From: an uncultured Bacteroidales bacterium
GTDB taxonomy: Bacteria > Bacteroidota > Bacteroidia > Bacteroidales > GCA-2748055
NCBI GenBank assembly: GCA_963779845.1
Contig: CAVZZV010000005.1
Location: forward strand, 956,245-1,020,244
Length of the DNA: 64,000 nt
Reading direction: 5' to 3'
This document shows positions 1 through 9,943 of this stretch, piece by piece; positions within the stretch are counted from its first letter, which is position 1, and the number at the start of each line of letters is the position of its first letter. Position numbers and translations under genes: made by a program. A model generated the notes under the pieces. It was not told the origin of the DNA, did not search any database, and saw only the letters and a program-made list of their open reading frames with translations.

Positions 1-889
1 CAGGGATTGTTATTTCATTGATATCGTACATATCGAAAAAACGTTTGGGCGCAGTAAATGGGGTGTGTGGCCTCCATAATCCGTAATATAAAAAGAAAGG
101 CTTTTCGTGTTGCTGATTTAGAAAATCAATAGCTGCGTCAGCATTTTTTATATCCGGAAATGCCTCATCCGGAAATGATTCAACCCCCCACCACATGTCC
201 TCTTTCATCAGTAAATTCCCGGGACTGGGATAGGGACCAAAACCCCCTTTGTACACTGGACTATTGTCGAACATTGCTTCCTCTCTATCCTCAGGAATTG
301 TGCCATGAAAAATTTTACCACCCGCCCAGGTTTCGTAACCGTTGCGCTTGAAAAACTCAGGCATCGCCTCTACCTGCTGTAGGACTTCTGAGTCAGTCCA
401 TGAAGTGGCTTCATGGCTATAATTTCCTGTGTTGTGTGGGTACCTGCCACTAAAGAAAGCAGCACGAGAGGGCAAACATACCGGTGCAGCACAAAAAGAG
501 TTGGTAAAAATAACAGCCTGCTCGCTTAATTTATCGAGATATGGCGTCCTCAAAGGAGCGTATTCCTTCAAAAGTCCATAGCCATTCATGTCGTCGACAC
601 AAATAAAAACTACATTTGGTTTCTTTGCCAATGTACTGATCGAAAATGGGTCATAAAATCCATTGAAATCATCAGTCGGGTTGGTTTGGGCAGAATAAGG
701 ATGAGTGGGCCTTGCTTCTCCCTGCATAGCCAGCCCGGTATATATGATCGGGCCGGCCACATCATTCCCCGATTTATTGCTTGGGATTTCCTCCTGCCCT
801 TCCAATGCTTTTACCGGCTTTTGCCCATATATCCATTGGGTGGTCAGAACATAAAGGACGAAAAATATGATTTGAAATAAGTTCTTCAT
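1..889 (-). CDS. type I sulfatase (arylsulfatase family), truncated by the window edge
   Basis: Absent from the ORF track because it runs off the window. Reverse-strand translation from the ATG at 887-889 gives MKNLFQIIFFVLYVLTTQWIYGQ (signal peptide), then KPNVVFICVDDMNGYG and FCAAPVCLPSRAAFFSGRYPHNTG, which contains the C-x-P-x-R formylglycine motif. Confidence 0.85.
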   Translation of the reverse strand, partial: MKNLFQIIFFVLYVLTTQWIYGQKPVKALEGQEEIPSNKSGNDVAGPIIYTGLAMQGEARPTHPYSAQTNPTDDFNGFYDPFSISTLAKKPNVVFICVDDMNGYGLLKEYAPLRTPYLDKLSEQAVIFTNSFCAAPVCLPSRAAFFSGRYPHNTGNYSHEATSWTDSEVLQQVEAMPEFFKRNGYETWAGGKIFHGTIPEDREEAMFDNSPVYKGGFGPYPSPGNLLMKEDMWWGVESFPDEAFPDIKNADAAIDFLNQQHEKPFFLYYGLWRPHTPFTAPKRFFDMYDINEITIP

Positions 890-1125
890 TTAAATAAAAT
901 GCTGGTTTAAATTATTAATGAAATTTAATATCTCTTAAGGGGTTATTCTGTTCATATACTCATTTATTCGACAATTATTATTTTGAATCTCTAAGCTGGT
1001 TTCATTTCAATTTCCTCCCAATAAATTCCCGGTTCATCTTCATACAGGTCCAAAAATAAAGAATAAATTTATTTCTAAAAGGATTTTATCATGAACCGTG
1101 CTCCCTTTTGCGCATTATCCGGTCC

Positions 1126-1758
1126 CTATGGTAAGATATCCTCTATACAGTAATCATCCATTTCCAGCATGGCATTGATCATTCCTGCATGCCGGAAGGT
1201 ATGGAGGTCCTCCACTGTAATGCATTCCTCACGTATTAATCCTTCCTGCAGCAACTGAGTTCGCTTGGTTCCATTGAGAAGGGGGTTTGCAGGGGTAAGG
1301 TATTCAACCCCATCGAAAAAAATCAGATTTGAAAAACTTGTATCACTTACCATTCCATTTTTTACAATAATGATCTCATCGCAATCATCCCTCCTGTTTT
1401 TTAGCTTCACCAGAGGTTCCCGGTCTGCGAATTTGTAGGAGTAGTCAATTTCGTTGTCATGAACAATCCCGAGGTTGTTGATTTTTCTTTTCTCATACGG
1501 GGTATGACGGATCTCTTCTATGCCATTGGGGCCGTATCTTATGGTACACCGTATGACTTGTTGTGGAGGCAATTCTTCGGGATTGATTAAATCCTCGACC
1601 CTTAAAAGAGCTCTAATACCAAAAAAATCCCTTCTCGTCCTGTTCATTCGCGCATTATGAGCCTCAGGATGAATAATCTGACCATTCTGAATTTTTATGG
1701 TTTCAATGAACAGGCACATATATTTTTTCAAGGTATTCATTAAATTCTTTCTCCACAT
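1126..1758 (-). CDS. pabC: class IV aminotransferase-fold protein, probable 4-amino-4-deoxychorismate lyase
   Basis: About 200-aa ORF directly downstream of and overlapping pabB. The true start is probably the Met at 1738-1740 or 1717-1719. The call rests on operon context and size. Confidence 0.55.
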   Translation of the reverse strand: MWRKNLMNTLKKYMCLFIETIKIQNGQIIHPEAHNARMNRTRRDFFGIRALLRVEDLINPEELPPQQVIRCTIRYGPNGIEEIRHTPYEKRKINNLGIVHDNEIDYSYKFADREPLVKLKNRRDDCDEIIIVKNGMVSDTSFSNLIFFDGVEYLTPANPLLNGTKRTQLLQEGLIREECITVEDLHTFRHAGMINAMLEMDDYCIEDILP

Positions 1759-2671
1759 TACTTTGAGAGGTTATGCCCCCTCCGCTTTTAAAATAATACT
1801 TTGAACCTCTTTTTTCAATATACCGGATTATTACTGCCGACTCCATGTTACATCCATCGAAATAACCGAAAATTCCGGTATAGAATCCTCTTTTGTGCGA
1901 TTCAATTTCCCGGATAAGTTCAATGGTTTTTCTCTTGGGTGCCCCTGTAACCGATCCTGCCGGAAGCACTTCCTGCAAAATGCTGCCAGGTTTATTTATA
2001 AATTCGGGTATGAGCTCCCCCTTGATCTCTGAACTAACCTGCAGGAGATCATATTTGCCGGCATTGATCTTTTCAACATATCGATAGCGTTCAACTTTTA
2101 CCTTCTCTGCTACTCTGCTTAGATCGTTCCTGAGAAGATCAACGATAGTAGCGTGTTCGGCCATTTCTTTGGGATCGGTCATGATGATCTCTTCTGCCGC
2201 GGGTCTCCCCGCCTCAATAGTCCCCTTCATGGGAAATGCGGAGATATGGGCATCCTTTATTGTTAAAAAGCACTCAGGGGAAAAAACAACAAAACGGCCG
2301 GGGTAAAGAAGTTTGTATTTTGCATTACTGAGTCTAAAAATATCTTTCAGACTGCAATCAATATAGATCTCCGTTTCAAATGTGAGGTTGAGGAGATAGG
2401 TGTTTCCTTTTTTTAATTCATCACTTACCCGTTCAAATTGTTGATGGAACACAATGGGTTTTACCCCTACTTTTTCCAGTTGGATGTTTCTGGTGCCCTC
2501 ATAAAAATCCCTTGTCCCATTCCCCCTTCCTTCGATACTGAAAAGAATCCCCGAACTCTTAATTTGTTCCTCTGATAATACCAGGATTTCCTGAAGGTCA
2601 AAATCAATGATAAACAGAAATGCTCTTTTTTCGCTGGCCAGTCGGTCCATTTTAGCAAAAGCTTCGTTCAT
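1703..2671 (-). CDS. pabB: aminodeoxychorismate synthase component I (chorismate-binding enzyme)
   Basis: 322-aa ORF with LPAGSVTGAPKRKTIELIREIESHKRGFYTGIFGYF and a GGGITSQS tail, both typical of the TrpE/PabB family. Confidence 0.75.
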   Translation of the reverse strand: MNEAFAKMDRLASEKRAFLFIIDFDLQEILVLSEEQIKSSGILFSIEGRGNGTRDFYEGTRNIQLEKVGVKPIVFHQQFERVSDELKKGNTYLLNLTFETEIYIDCSLKDIFRLSNAKYKLLYPGRFVVFSPECFLTIKDAHISAFPMKGTIEAGRPAAEEIIMTDPKEMAEHATIVDLLRNDLSRVAEKVKVERYRYVEKINAGKYDLLQVSSEIKGELIPEFINKPGSILQEVLPAGSVTGAPKRKTIELIREIESHKRGFYTGIFGYFDGCNMESAVIIRYIEKRGSKYYFKSGGGITSQSNVEKEFNEYLEKIYVPVH

Positions 2672-2854
2672 AATTTAAATCGTCGGTTTATCAAAAAACA
2701 ATTCCCGGTAAAAATGAATCAAAAATGAAAATATGGATGCCTTATTCATATTCTTTGTAGCGAATCTCAGTTATTAAGAAGAAAATAAAGGGGATATCAT
2801 TAAAAAAACTAAAATAGAAAATCAACTCATTTTTACCTTAACCTCTCCCGGGTA

Positions 2855-3526
2855 TTAGTGTTCTTCACAGGTGCAACTATATTTTTCACTATTTGCTTTT
2901 TCAAATGCTTCCCTCCCTTCCATAAAAGCAAACCAGGCTATGCCCAGGGATCCGACAATATCAAACCATGCTATTCCGAATAGCTCATACAGTCCACTCG
3001 AAGCAAGAAGAATAAATGAGAGATAAAAACAAGTTTTCGTACAATTTGCATCAGCAATTATAGCTTCAGAACTTAATTTTTTACCTATTCTCAACTTCCA
3101 TTTCATTAAAAAATACATGGTTAAGATAGATAGAACAGAGATTATTATTCCTGCTGTAGTCGTTTCCGGTTTTGTACCGCTTAGGATATTCAATAGGGAT
3201 CCGGCAACAAGGCCGGCAACAAGGACATAAAAGGAGGAGCCTGTTATTTTCAGAGCCTGCCGTTCAAATTTATCTCTTGATTCAACATCATGAACCCCCG
3301 TTTTTTTCATTCGGTAAATCATATGAAGAATTCCGGTTCCAGACACCACTTCAACAAAACTGTCCACGCCGAATCCAAGTAATGCAAGTGTTTCATCACC
3401 GATACCGAAAAAAATGGAAACAAGACCTTCAATGAGATTATAAACGATGGTGACAATAGCGAGAATGTAAGCAATATGAATCAGCTTCGGTCTGGTTTCA
3501 GATTTATGTAAATCTATGTTGTTCAT
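2855..3526 (-). CDS. cation-transporter-like membrane protein (CDF-type TM domain)
   Basis: Multi-TM ORF. IVYNLIEGLVSIFFGIGDETLALLGFGVDSFVEVVSG resembles TM1-TM2 of cation diffusion facilitators. Start set at MNNIDL; the ORF-track start is 3565. Confidence 0.45.
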   Translation of the reverse strand: MNNIDLHKSETRPKLIHIAYILAIVTIVYNLIEGLVSIFFGIGDETLALLGFGVDSFVEVVSGTGILHMIYRMKKTGVHDVESRDKFERQALKITGSSFYVLVAGLVAGSLLNILSGTKPETTTAGIIISVLSILTMYFLMKWKLRIGKKLSSEAIIADANCTKTCFYLSFILLASSGLYELFGIAWFDIVGSLGIAWFAFMEGREAFEKANSEKYSCTCEEH

Positions 3527-3693
3527 AATCCCCCCCAACAATTGAAGTATTGTGCATATCCACAAAATCGGCTCAAATCAATCAATAATTATTATCTTTA
3601 CTGCAAGCATGATAAAAGTAATTATGCAAATATAATGAAACTGATCAACATTCATTTTTCACCAAATCCGGAATAAACCTCCGCTTAAATATT

Positions 3694-5052
3694 ATGACCG
3701 AGTATCTCATTCTATTATTGATCTTTCTGGCCCTTGTAATCATCGCCCTTCAGCTTTTTAAAAAACCTTCTGACGGCATAAATAGAGAAATTAAACTCAT
3801 TGAAAGTGCTTTGCTACGAATGGAAGAGAGTATGGGACGAACAGAAAAATCCATTAAAGATGAATTTCAGCGTAACCGTTCCGAAACGAATGAGATGACC
3901 CGGATAAACAGGGAAGAATTAAAAAAATCCCTGGATGATTTTGGCTTAAAGTTAGCTGAAAATATCAAGGACCTTAACGAACTGCTGAGACAGAAATTTC
4001 TTGATTTTTCAAAACTTCAGGAACATATTAACAAGCAAGCTATCGAAAATGTAAAGGAAATAAGAGAATCTGTAGAGAAACAACTTAAAGCCATTCGCGA
4101 GGATAATACAAGGCAACTCGACGAAATGAGGAAAACGGTAGATGAGAAACTTCAGAAAACACTAAACGAACGTTTGAGTCAGTCGTTTGAGACAGTTGGA
4201 AAACAGCTTCAATCGGTCCAGGAAGGCCTGGGAGAAATGAAAAACCTGGCCACCGATGTGGGCGGGCTGAAGAAGGTCCTGAGCAATGTAAAGATGCGCG
4301 GCGGCATTGGGGAAATCCAATTGTCCATGTTGCTTGAACAAATTTTAGCTCCCGATCAATACCAGGCAAATGTGAGGACAAAGCAAAGCAGCTCTGATTT
4401 GGTTGAATTTGCCATCAAGCTCCCTGGCCGGGATGATTCGGGGGAATCTATCTGGTTGCCAATTGACGCTAAATTTCCCAAAGATGTCTACGAACAGTTA
4501 CAGGAAGCTTATGAGGAAGGCGAACTTTCCCGTATCGCTCTTGCGCAGCGAAACCTCGAATCTACCATAAAGAAAATGGCCAGAGACATATGCGATAAAT
4601 ACATAGATCCGCCCTATACTACCGATTTTGGGATAATGTTCCTTCCATTTGAAGGCATATATGCCGAAGTTGTCCGTAAAGCAGCGCTTCTCGAGGAACT
4701 TCAAAGGAACTATAAAATTATTGTTACCGGGCCCACAACCCTCGCAGCAATTTTGAACAGCCTCCAACTGGGCTTCAGAACACTTGCAATTCAGAAACGA
4801 AGTGGGGAAGTATGGCAAATATTGGGTGCGGTAAAAAAAGAGTTTGAGAATTTTGGCGGAATGATGGACAAAGCTCAAAAAAATATCCAAACCGGTTTAA
4901 ATCAACTGGATGATGTGATGGGCAAAAGAACCCGGGCAATTCAAAGAAGGCTTAAGAGCGTAGAGGCACTGGCTGAGGAAGATACAAGAGCTATTCTTCC
5001 TGAAATCACCGATAACAATGAAATATATGATGATGAGGAGGAGTCCTCATAA
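3694..5052 (+). CDS. rmuC: DNA recombination protein RmuC
   Basis: 452 aa with an N-terminal TM and a long E/K/Q-rich coiled coil, followed by MRGGIGEIQLSMLLEQILAPDQY, WLPIDAKFP and IMFLPFEGIYAEV. Confidence 0.85.
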   Translation: MTEYLILLLIFLALVIIALQLFKKPSDGINREIKLIESALLRMEESMGRTEKSIKDEFQRNRSETNEMTRINREELKKSLDDFGLKLAENIKDLNELLRQKFLDFSKLQEHINKQAIENVKEIRESVEKQLKAIREDNTRQLDEMRKTVDEKLQKTLNERLSQSFETVGKQLQSVQEGLGEMKNLATDVGGLKKVLSNVKMRGGIGEIQLSMLLEQILAPDQYQANVRTKQSSSDLVEFAIKLPGRDDSGESIWLPIDAKFPKDVYEQLQEAYEEGELSRIALAQRNLESTIKKMARDICDKYIDPPYTTDFGIMFLPFEGIYAEVVRKAALLEELQRNYKIIVTGPTTLAAILNSLQLGFRTLAIQKRSGEVWQILGAVKKEFENFGGMMDKAQKNIQTGLNQLDDVMGKRTRAIQRRLKSVEALAEEDTRAILPEITDNNEIYDDEEESS

Positions 5053-5164
5053 GAGGGTAAAAAGAGTGAAACGGGAAAATTATCCTTCAATCAGCATCCA
5101 AATCACTGCTTAGTCTAATTTTCTTTCCATCTACAACAGATTTTCCCATTTCAATCCTCCTGAA

Positions 5165-5890
5165 TTAGTTCTTGCGAAAATTCATGAACCAGGTCACTTG
5201 TTCAATCTTTGAATCCGGATTCCCAATTTCCTTTTTTTCTTCTACTGTAAGATAGGGAACCATGAGTTCTTCACCAGGTTGCCAGTTTGCAGGAGCTACA
5301 TCCGACTTGTGTTCGTCTATGGTCTGAAGAGCTACAATGGTCCTCTTTATCTCTGCCATATTTCTTCCAACCTGCATAGGGTAAAAGTTGATGGAACGAA
5401 TGAAATTATCAGGATCAATAATAAATACAGCACGAATGTTTTCCGCTGCACTAACCTCCGGATGGATCATACCATACTTGTTTGAGATTTTATAATCACT
5501 GTCGTCAATGATTGGAAAATCTATTTTTACAGGAGCCCTGTCTTTATAAGTAACCTCGTTAAGAGCGTCAACCCAGGCTTTGTGCTGGTCTACGTGATCA
5601 ACGGAAAGCACTATGACCTTAACATTAAGCTTTTCGTAATCGGATTGTTGGTGAGAAAGTTCCAGTATTTCAGAAGAGCATACCGGTGTGAAATCCTTTG
5701 GGTGGGAAAGAAGAATTTTCCAGCTTTTCCCGAAATCATCAGGGAATTTAATTTTTCCCAGGGTAGATTCTGCTTTAAAAGAGGGAGCCTTGCTACCCAA
5801 TAGGGGGATCGTCACTACTTTTGTTTGAGCATTCAAGAGGAGAAATCCTAAAATGAATACCATGATGGAGGTTAACAATGTCTTTTTCAT
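5165..5890 (-). CDS. peroxiredoxin (AhpC/TSA family, secreted)
   Basis: Signal peptide MKKTLLTSIMVFILGFLLLNAQ. Thioredoxin fold with the peroxidatic Cys in HPKDFTPVCSSE. Confidence 0.85.
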   Translation of the reverse strand: MKKTLLTSIMVFILGFLLLNAQTKVVTIPLLGSKAPSFKAESTLGKIKFPDDFGKSWKILLSHPKDFTPVCSSEILELSHQQSDYEKLNVKVIVLSVDHVDQHKAWVDALNEVTYKDRAPVKIDFPIIDDSDYKISNKYGMIHPEVSAAENIRAVFIIDPDNFIRSINFYPMQVGRNMAEIKRTIVALQTIDEHKSDVAPANWQPGEELMVPYLTVEEKKEIGNPDSKIEQVTWFMNFRKN

Positions 5891-6266
5891 AACTGAATTT
5901 TTTTACTAATTAAAAAATGTATTCACAAATTTCGACAAAAATGAAAAACTATACTATGTTTGAAGAGAAGAATAAGAATTGAATAAATTTCGATGATTTG
6001 AAAAATATATTTAACCTATTCGTCTGTATATCTGTAATTTAGAATAGATGTGTCTTTCCATAATTTTGTTTCGTTCTAAATAGTAAGCTCATTTTTGGAC
6101 TAATTTATTCCACTTTTAAGATATTAAGGTCTTTTTTTCATTATTTAGTATAAAGTATCTCTTAATCTTTGGGTGGAGGGTTTGCCGGAAAGGAATATTT
6201 TAATGTAACCCCCTTCCCGTGAACCGAAAGTTCTATGAAGTCTAAAAATCCTTTCATCTATTTTCT

Positions 6267-6274
6267 TATATTTG
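6267..6274 (+). promoter_or_regulatory. candidate Bacteroidota -7 promoter box (TAnnTTTG)
   Basis: TATATTTG lies 28 nt upstream of the ATG at 6302. Confidence 0.3.
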
Positions 6275-6301
6275 CATCCTTCACAGAAAGATATCCTGAG
6301 A

Positions 6302-7241
6302 ATGAAGAAATTGTCGGTTGTGGTTGTAGTTTATAATGAGGAAGAAAATATCAAGCCTCTTATTGATCTGATTAGCTCAGCCTTGAAGCATATTGATTAC
6401 GAAATCATCTATGTTGACGATGGTTCCACTGACAATACTATGCAGGGAGCTATTAGCCATTTCCCATCCACAGCTTAGCATTATTGAATTCAGAAAAAAC
6501 TATGGACAAAGCTCTGCTTTGGCTGCTGGAATTCAACAGGCTAAAGGGGAATTTATCGCCTTGCTTGACGGGGACCTGCAAAATGACCCTGATGATATTC
6601 CCATGATGTTGCAAAAAGCAGAGAATGAAGGATGGGATTTGGTTGCCGGGATGAGAAAACATCGCCAGGATGGCATGTTTTTCAGAAAAATCCCCAGTCT
6701 GCTGGCAAATTCAATAATTCGAAAAACCACCAATGTCAGGATAAGGGATTATGGATGTACTCTTAAGGTTTTTAAAGCGGAACTAGCCAAAGACCTTGGG
6801 CTTTACGGTGAACTTCACCGGTTTATCCCCGTTCTTGCCAGCTATGAAGGAGGATCAATCAGCCAGGTAGAAGTTAAACACCATTCGCGCCAGTTTGGCA
6901 AATCAAAGTATGGAATCGGGCGCACCTTTAGGGTAGTCGCTGATTTGTTGCTGATGCTGTTTTTTAAGAAATACATGCAACGGCCAATGCATTTATTTGG
7001 TACCTGGGGGATATTCACCCTATTAACCGGTATCATCATAAATTTATATCTCCTGGTCTATAAGCTATTCGGGCACGACATCTGGGGCAAACCTCTGTTG
7101 ATCCTTGGAGTATTGCTGGTAATTGCAGGATTCCAGTTAATCACCATCGGGATTATTGCTGACCTGCTCATGAGGACATATTACGAATCCCAATCCAAAA
7201 CACCCTATAAGATAAAACGTATTTACAGCAGTGAAGCTTAA
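6302..7241 (+). pseudogene. family 2 glycosyltransferase (polyprenyl-phosphate glycosyltransferase-like), split by a 1-nt frame break near 6445-6447
   Basis: Frame a reads MKKLSVVVVVYNEEENIKPLIDLISSALKHIDYEIIYVDDGSTDNT and stops at 6476-6478. Frame b continues RELLAISHPQLSIIEFRKNYGQSSALAAGIQQAKGEFIALLDGDLQNDP with C-terminal TM helices to 7241. This may be a sequencing indel rather than a true pseudogene. Confidence 0.7.
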
Positions 7242-8130
7242 AATCAACAGGAAAGCCACCACAATTCTTAAAATTGTCATTTCCTTACTGGCTCTCGGCT
7301 TTGTGATTCTAAAAACCGATGTAAGTAGTGTACTGGCCATATACCAGCGTTCGAACCTACTGCTTGTAGCTTTTGCTATTTCTATTTTTGTCTCCTCTAA
7401 ATTTTTAGCTGCCATCAGGCTAAAGCTCTTTTTGGAAAGGTCCGGAGTGAAAATTACAAGAGTATATAATTATAAGCTCTACCTCTTAGGAATGTTCTAC
7501 AATCTATTTTTACCGGGAGGTGTTGGTGGGGATGGATACAAAATTTACCTTCTCAGTAAAAGGCAAAATATAAAAGCTTCAAAGCTCTTTTGGGCAGTAT
7601 TAACTGACAGGTTAAGCGGGATCATGGCCTTATTCATTCTGGCCATTATCCTTTCCCTGTTTTTAAATTTTTCTCCCGGATTCGGGTACAAGGCCTATAT
7701 CTGGTTACTCATTCCTTTAGCCTTAGCGGCTTCCTATTATCTCTTAAAAAAATTCCTGCCCTGGCTCCGTCCGGTTTTCGGCAGTTCCACTCTTTTATCC
7801 ATAGCGGTGCAGATTTTACAGACAGTTTGTGCTTATCTTATATTCATTGCTATAGGAGGGGCAGGAAATGTGACAGGCTATCTATTTCTTTTCCTTGTTT
7901 CTTCAGTTGTAGCAATGCTTCCCATAAGTATTGGAGGAATTGGGACACGGGAGGTTACCTTTCTCTTTGGTTCAGGAATCCTTCAACTCGACCAAAATAT
8001 CAGTATAGCCATGAGCTTAATGTTCTACCTGGTTACCGCCTTTGTCTCTTTTTGGGGAGTATATTTTTCGCTGAATCCGAAATCCCTTGCAACGGAGACA
8101 GGGCAGGGTAAAACGTCTATAAATTTTTAG
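7231..8130 (+). CDS. flippase-like membrane protein (UPF0104 / lysylphosphatidylglycerol-synthase TM-domain family)
   Basis: 299 aa, polytopic, with LFLPGGVGGDGYKIYLL. The GTG start overlaps the GT2 stop, a usual pairing with GT2. Confidence 0.6.
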   Translation: MKLKINRKATTILKIVISLLALGFVILKTDVSSVLAIYQRSNLLLVAFAISIFVSSKFLAAIRLKLFLERSGVKITRVYNYKLYLLGMFYNLFLPGGVGGDGYKIYLLSKRQNIKASKLFWAVLTDRLSGIMALFILAIILSLFLNFSPGFGYKAYIWLLIPLALAASYYLLKKFLPWLRPVFGSSTLLSIAVQILQTVCAYLIFIAIGGAGNVTGYLFLFLVSSVVAMLPISIGGIGTREVTFLFGSGILQLDQNISIAMSLMFYLVTAFVSFWGVYFSLNPKSLATETGQGKTSINF

Positions 8131-8605
8131 TAACCTTTGTTGCAGAATAATTAATTTTCAAAGCATTGGCCATACGCAATGCCTGCTTAACATCAGTAAC
8201 TTTACCCATGTTAATATTCTGATCTATCCTTAAAGAAATGGTCATTTTGTTTTTGTCAGATTCATCCAGCTTTTCCCTTTCTTCGAGAACGAAATCTTTT
8301 ACCTGTTCTGAAGGGATCCCCTCTTCATTGATAAGTTTGTCGTTCATCTGGATCATTGGTTCTGAGCCATACATTGTCTGAAGGGTTTTCACGGGCCGGC
8401 CAATGTAGATATAACTGACAATCGACTTTTTTTCGATCTTCTTTACCTCAGTAGCGGTAGGAACTTTAACACTTACTTTAACTTCAGTTTCCCTCATAAC
8501 AGTGGTAACCATAAAAAAGAAAAGCAACATGAAGACGATATCAGGAAGTGAAGCAGTATTTATAGCCTGTTGCCCCTTAGATACTTTTTTTCTGAATTTT
8601 GACAT
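8117..8605 (-). CDS. exbD: biopolymer transporter ExbD/TolR
   Basis: 162 aa with a single N-terminal TM (LPDIVFMLLFFFMVTT). Lies in the exbB-exbD cluster. Confidence 0.8.
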   Translation of the reverse strand: MSKFRKKVSKGQQAINTASLPDIVFMLLFFFMVTTVMRETEVKVSVKVPTATEVKKIEKKSIVSYIYIGRPVKTLQTMYGSEPMIQMNDKLINEEGIPSEQVKDFVLEEREKLDESDKNKMTISLRIDQNINMGKVTDVKQALRMANALKINYSATKVTKNL

Positions 8606-9234
8606 TACTTTAATCCTCCGATATTTTTAGGTTCAGCCTCGGAAATATTCATTTTATATACTTTCCTGATCCCTTCCATAATGGCTTCATCCGTTGAATT
8701 CTTAGGGTTCATCTGATCATAGGACCGACCAAAGTATTCGCGTGCAAATTGGTTCCTCAGGTCATTCACAGCAGCCACGAGTACATCCTGAACCTTTAGA
8801 TATTTTCCATAGGTTGTGGACCGGTCGTTTTGCAGGGAAACAACTCCTTTAGACACAGGAAATTCAACTGTTCCCTGGGGAAAACTGGAAGATACCCCAG
8901 GAGGAAAATCGATAGTCTCCACTCCTTTCTCGGGGAGGTTAGGATCATCAGCAGGATTACTGAAGAACTCGATGGTCTTTTGTTTCAACTCATCAAGGTT
9001 CATGATTTCCCCTTCAACCATTAACTGGTCATTCTTATTAATAAGTACGACCAGAACGTTTCGTTCCTTCACTTCAGTTTCGACTTTTTGATCCTTTTCC
9101 GGCATTGGCGGCAGGAGACGGGATATTCCCGTATCAACATCCATCGTTGTGGCCACCAGGAAAAAGATAAGCAGGAGAAAAGCTATGTCAGCCATTGACC
9201 CGGCATTCACTTCCGGTGTATCTCTTTTTGCCAT
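8605..9234 (-). CDS. exbD: biopolymer transporter ExbD/TolR (long form)
   Basis: 209 aa with AGSMADIAFLLLIFFLVATT. Adjacent to the second exbD. Confidence 0.8.
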   Translation of the reverse strand: MAKRDTPEVNAGSMADIAFLLLIFFLVATTMDVDTGISRLLPPMPEKDQKVETEVKERNVLVVLINKNDQLMVEGEIMNLDELKQKTIEFFSNPADDPNLPEKGVETIDFPPGVSSSFPQGTVEFPVSKGVVSLQNDRSTTYGKYLKVQDVLVAAVNDLRNQFAREYFGRSYDQMNPKNSTDEAIMEGIRKVYKMNISEAEPKNIGGLK

Positions 9235-9284
9235 CAGATTAATATTTTAATAAGCACATTCCCAAAGGGAGATATGCTAAATGA

Positions 9285-9938
9285 TTATTTAAAGTATTTA
9301 GCCACTTCAGAGTAAAGAATCGCCAATAGAGCAAATCCGAGTATAAAATACATACTGAATAGCCCCATATCGATCACTTTCAGAACCTGAGGATCACTGT
9401 TATCAGTCCCTTCGTATCCGATTATGGAAAGAGAAGCATCTGAACCCAGCGCATAGGCTCCAATAAGGACGCCGGCTACGACCACCAGTCCAATTAAAGA
9501 GCGGACCAGCATCCGGGGGTTAGTGAACATTCTTGCGATGGGGAATATCACAGCAAAAATTGCCGCTATGATTAAAAGAATATAGGCCCAGATTAGGGCA
9601 ATATCAGTACGGTTATAGACAAGTGTTTCTATGAAAGTCAGGTTAACCCTTTCAGGTTCAGAAGGCGTAGAGACCTCCTCCACAACCATTGGGGCTTCCT
9701 CAATTTCAGTACTGTCTCCATCAACAGCAACAGAATCTGCTGCCGAACTATCAACAACTGCCGGAGTGTTCGTGATAAATTCATCGTTCATCCCTGCAGG
9801 AGTTTCCAGTTTCTCAACCTTAGCTGCATATTCCGTTTTATTAATAAGCACATCACCGAAATAAAAGAATAATACAACCAGAATTGAAATACCGAAAACT
9901 ATGTAAAGTAATATAGAAGATATTTTCGAATAAGACAT
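9285..9938 (-). CDS. hypothetical membrane protein of the Exb cluster
   Basis: 217 aa: TM, acidic linker (AVVDSSAADSVAVDGDSTEIEEAPMVVEEVSTPSEPE), then three TM helices. Lies between exbB and exbD. Confidence 0.5.
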   Translation of the reverse strand: MSYSKISSILLYIVFGISILVVLFFYFGDVLINKTEYAAKVEKLETPAGMNDEFITNTPAVVDSSAADSVAVDGDSTEIEEAPMVVEEVSTPSEPERVNLTFIETLVYNRTDIALIWAYILLIIAAIFAVIFPIARMFTNPRMLVRSLIGLVVVAGVLIGAYALGSDASLSIIGYEGTDNSDPQVLKVIDMGLFSMYFILGFALLAILYSEVAKYFK

Positions 9939-9943
9939 TTTAC

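Noticed and set aside
6437-6450. Programmed ribosomal frameshifting at the GT2, tatD and plsC breaks
   Set aside because: There are no slippery heptamers or downstream structures. The breaks sit in plain 2-5 nt homopolymers inside conserved domains, so indels are the simpler explanation.
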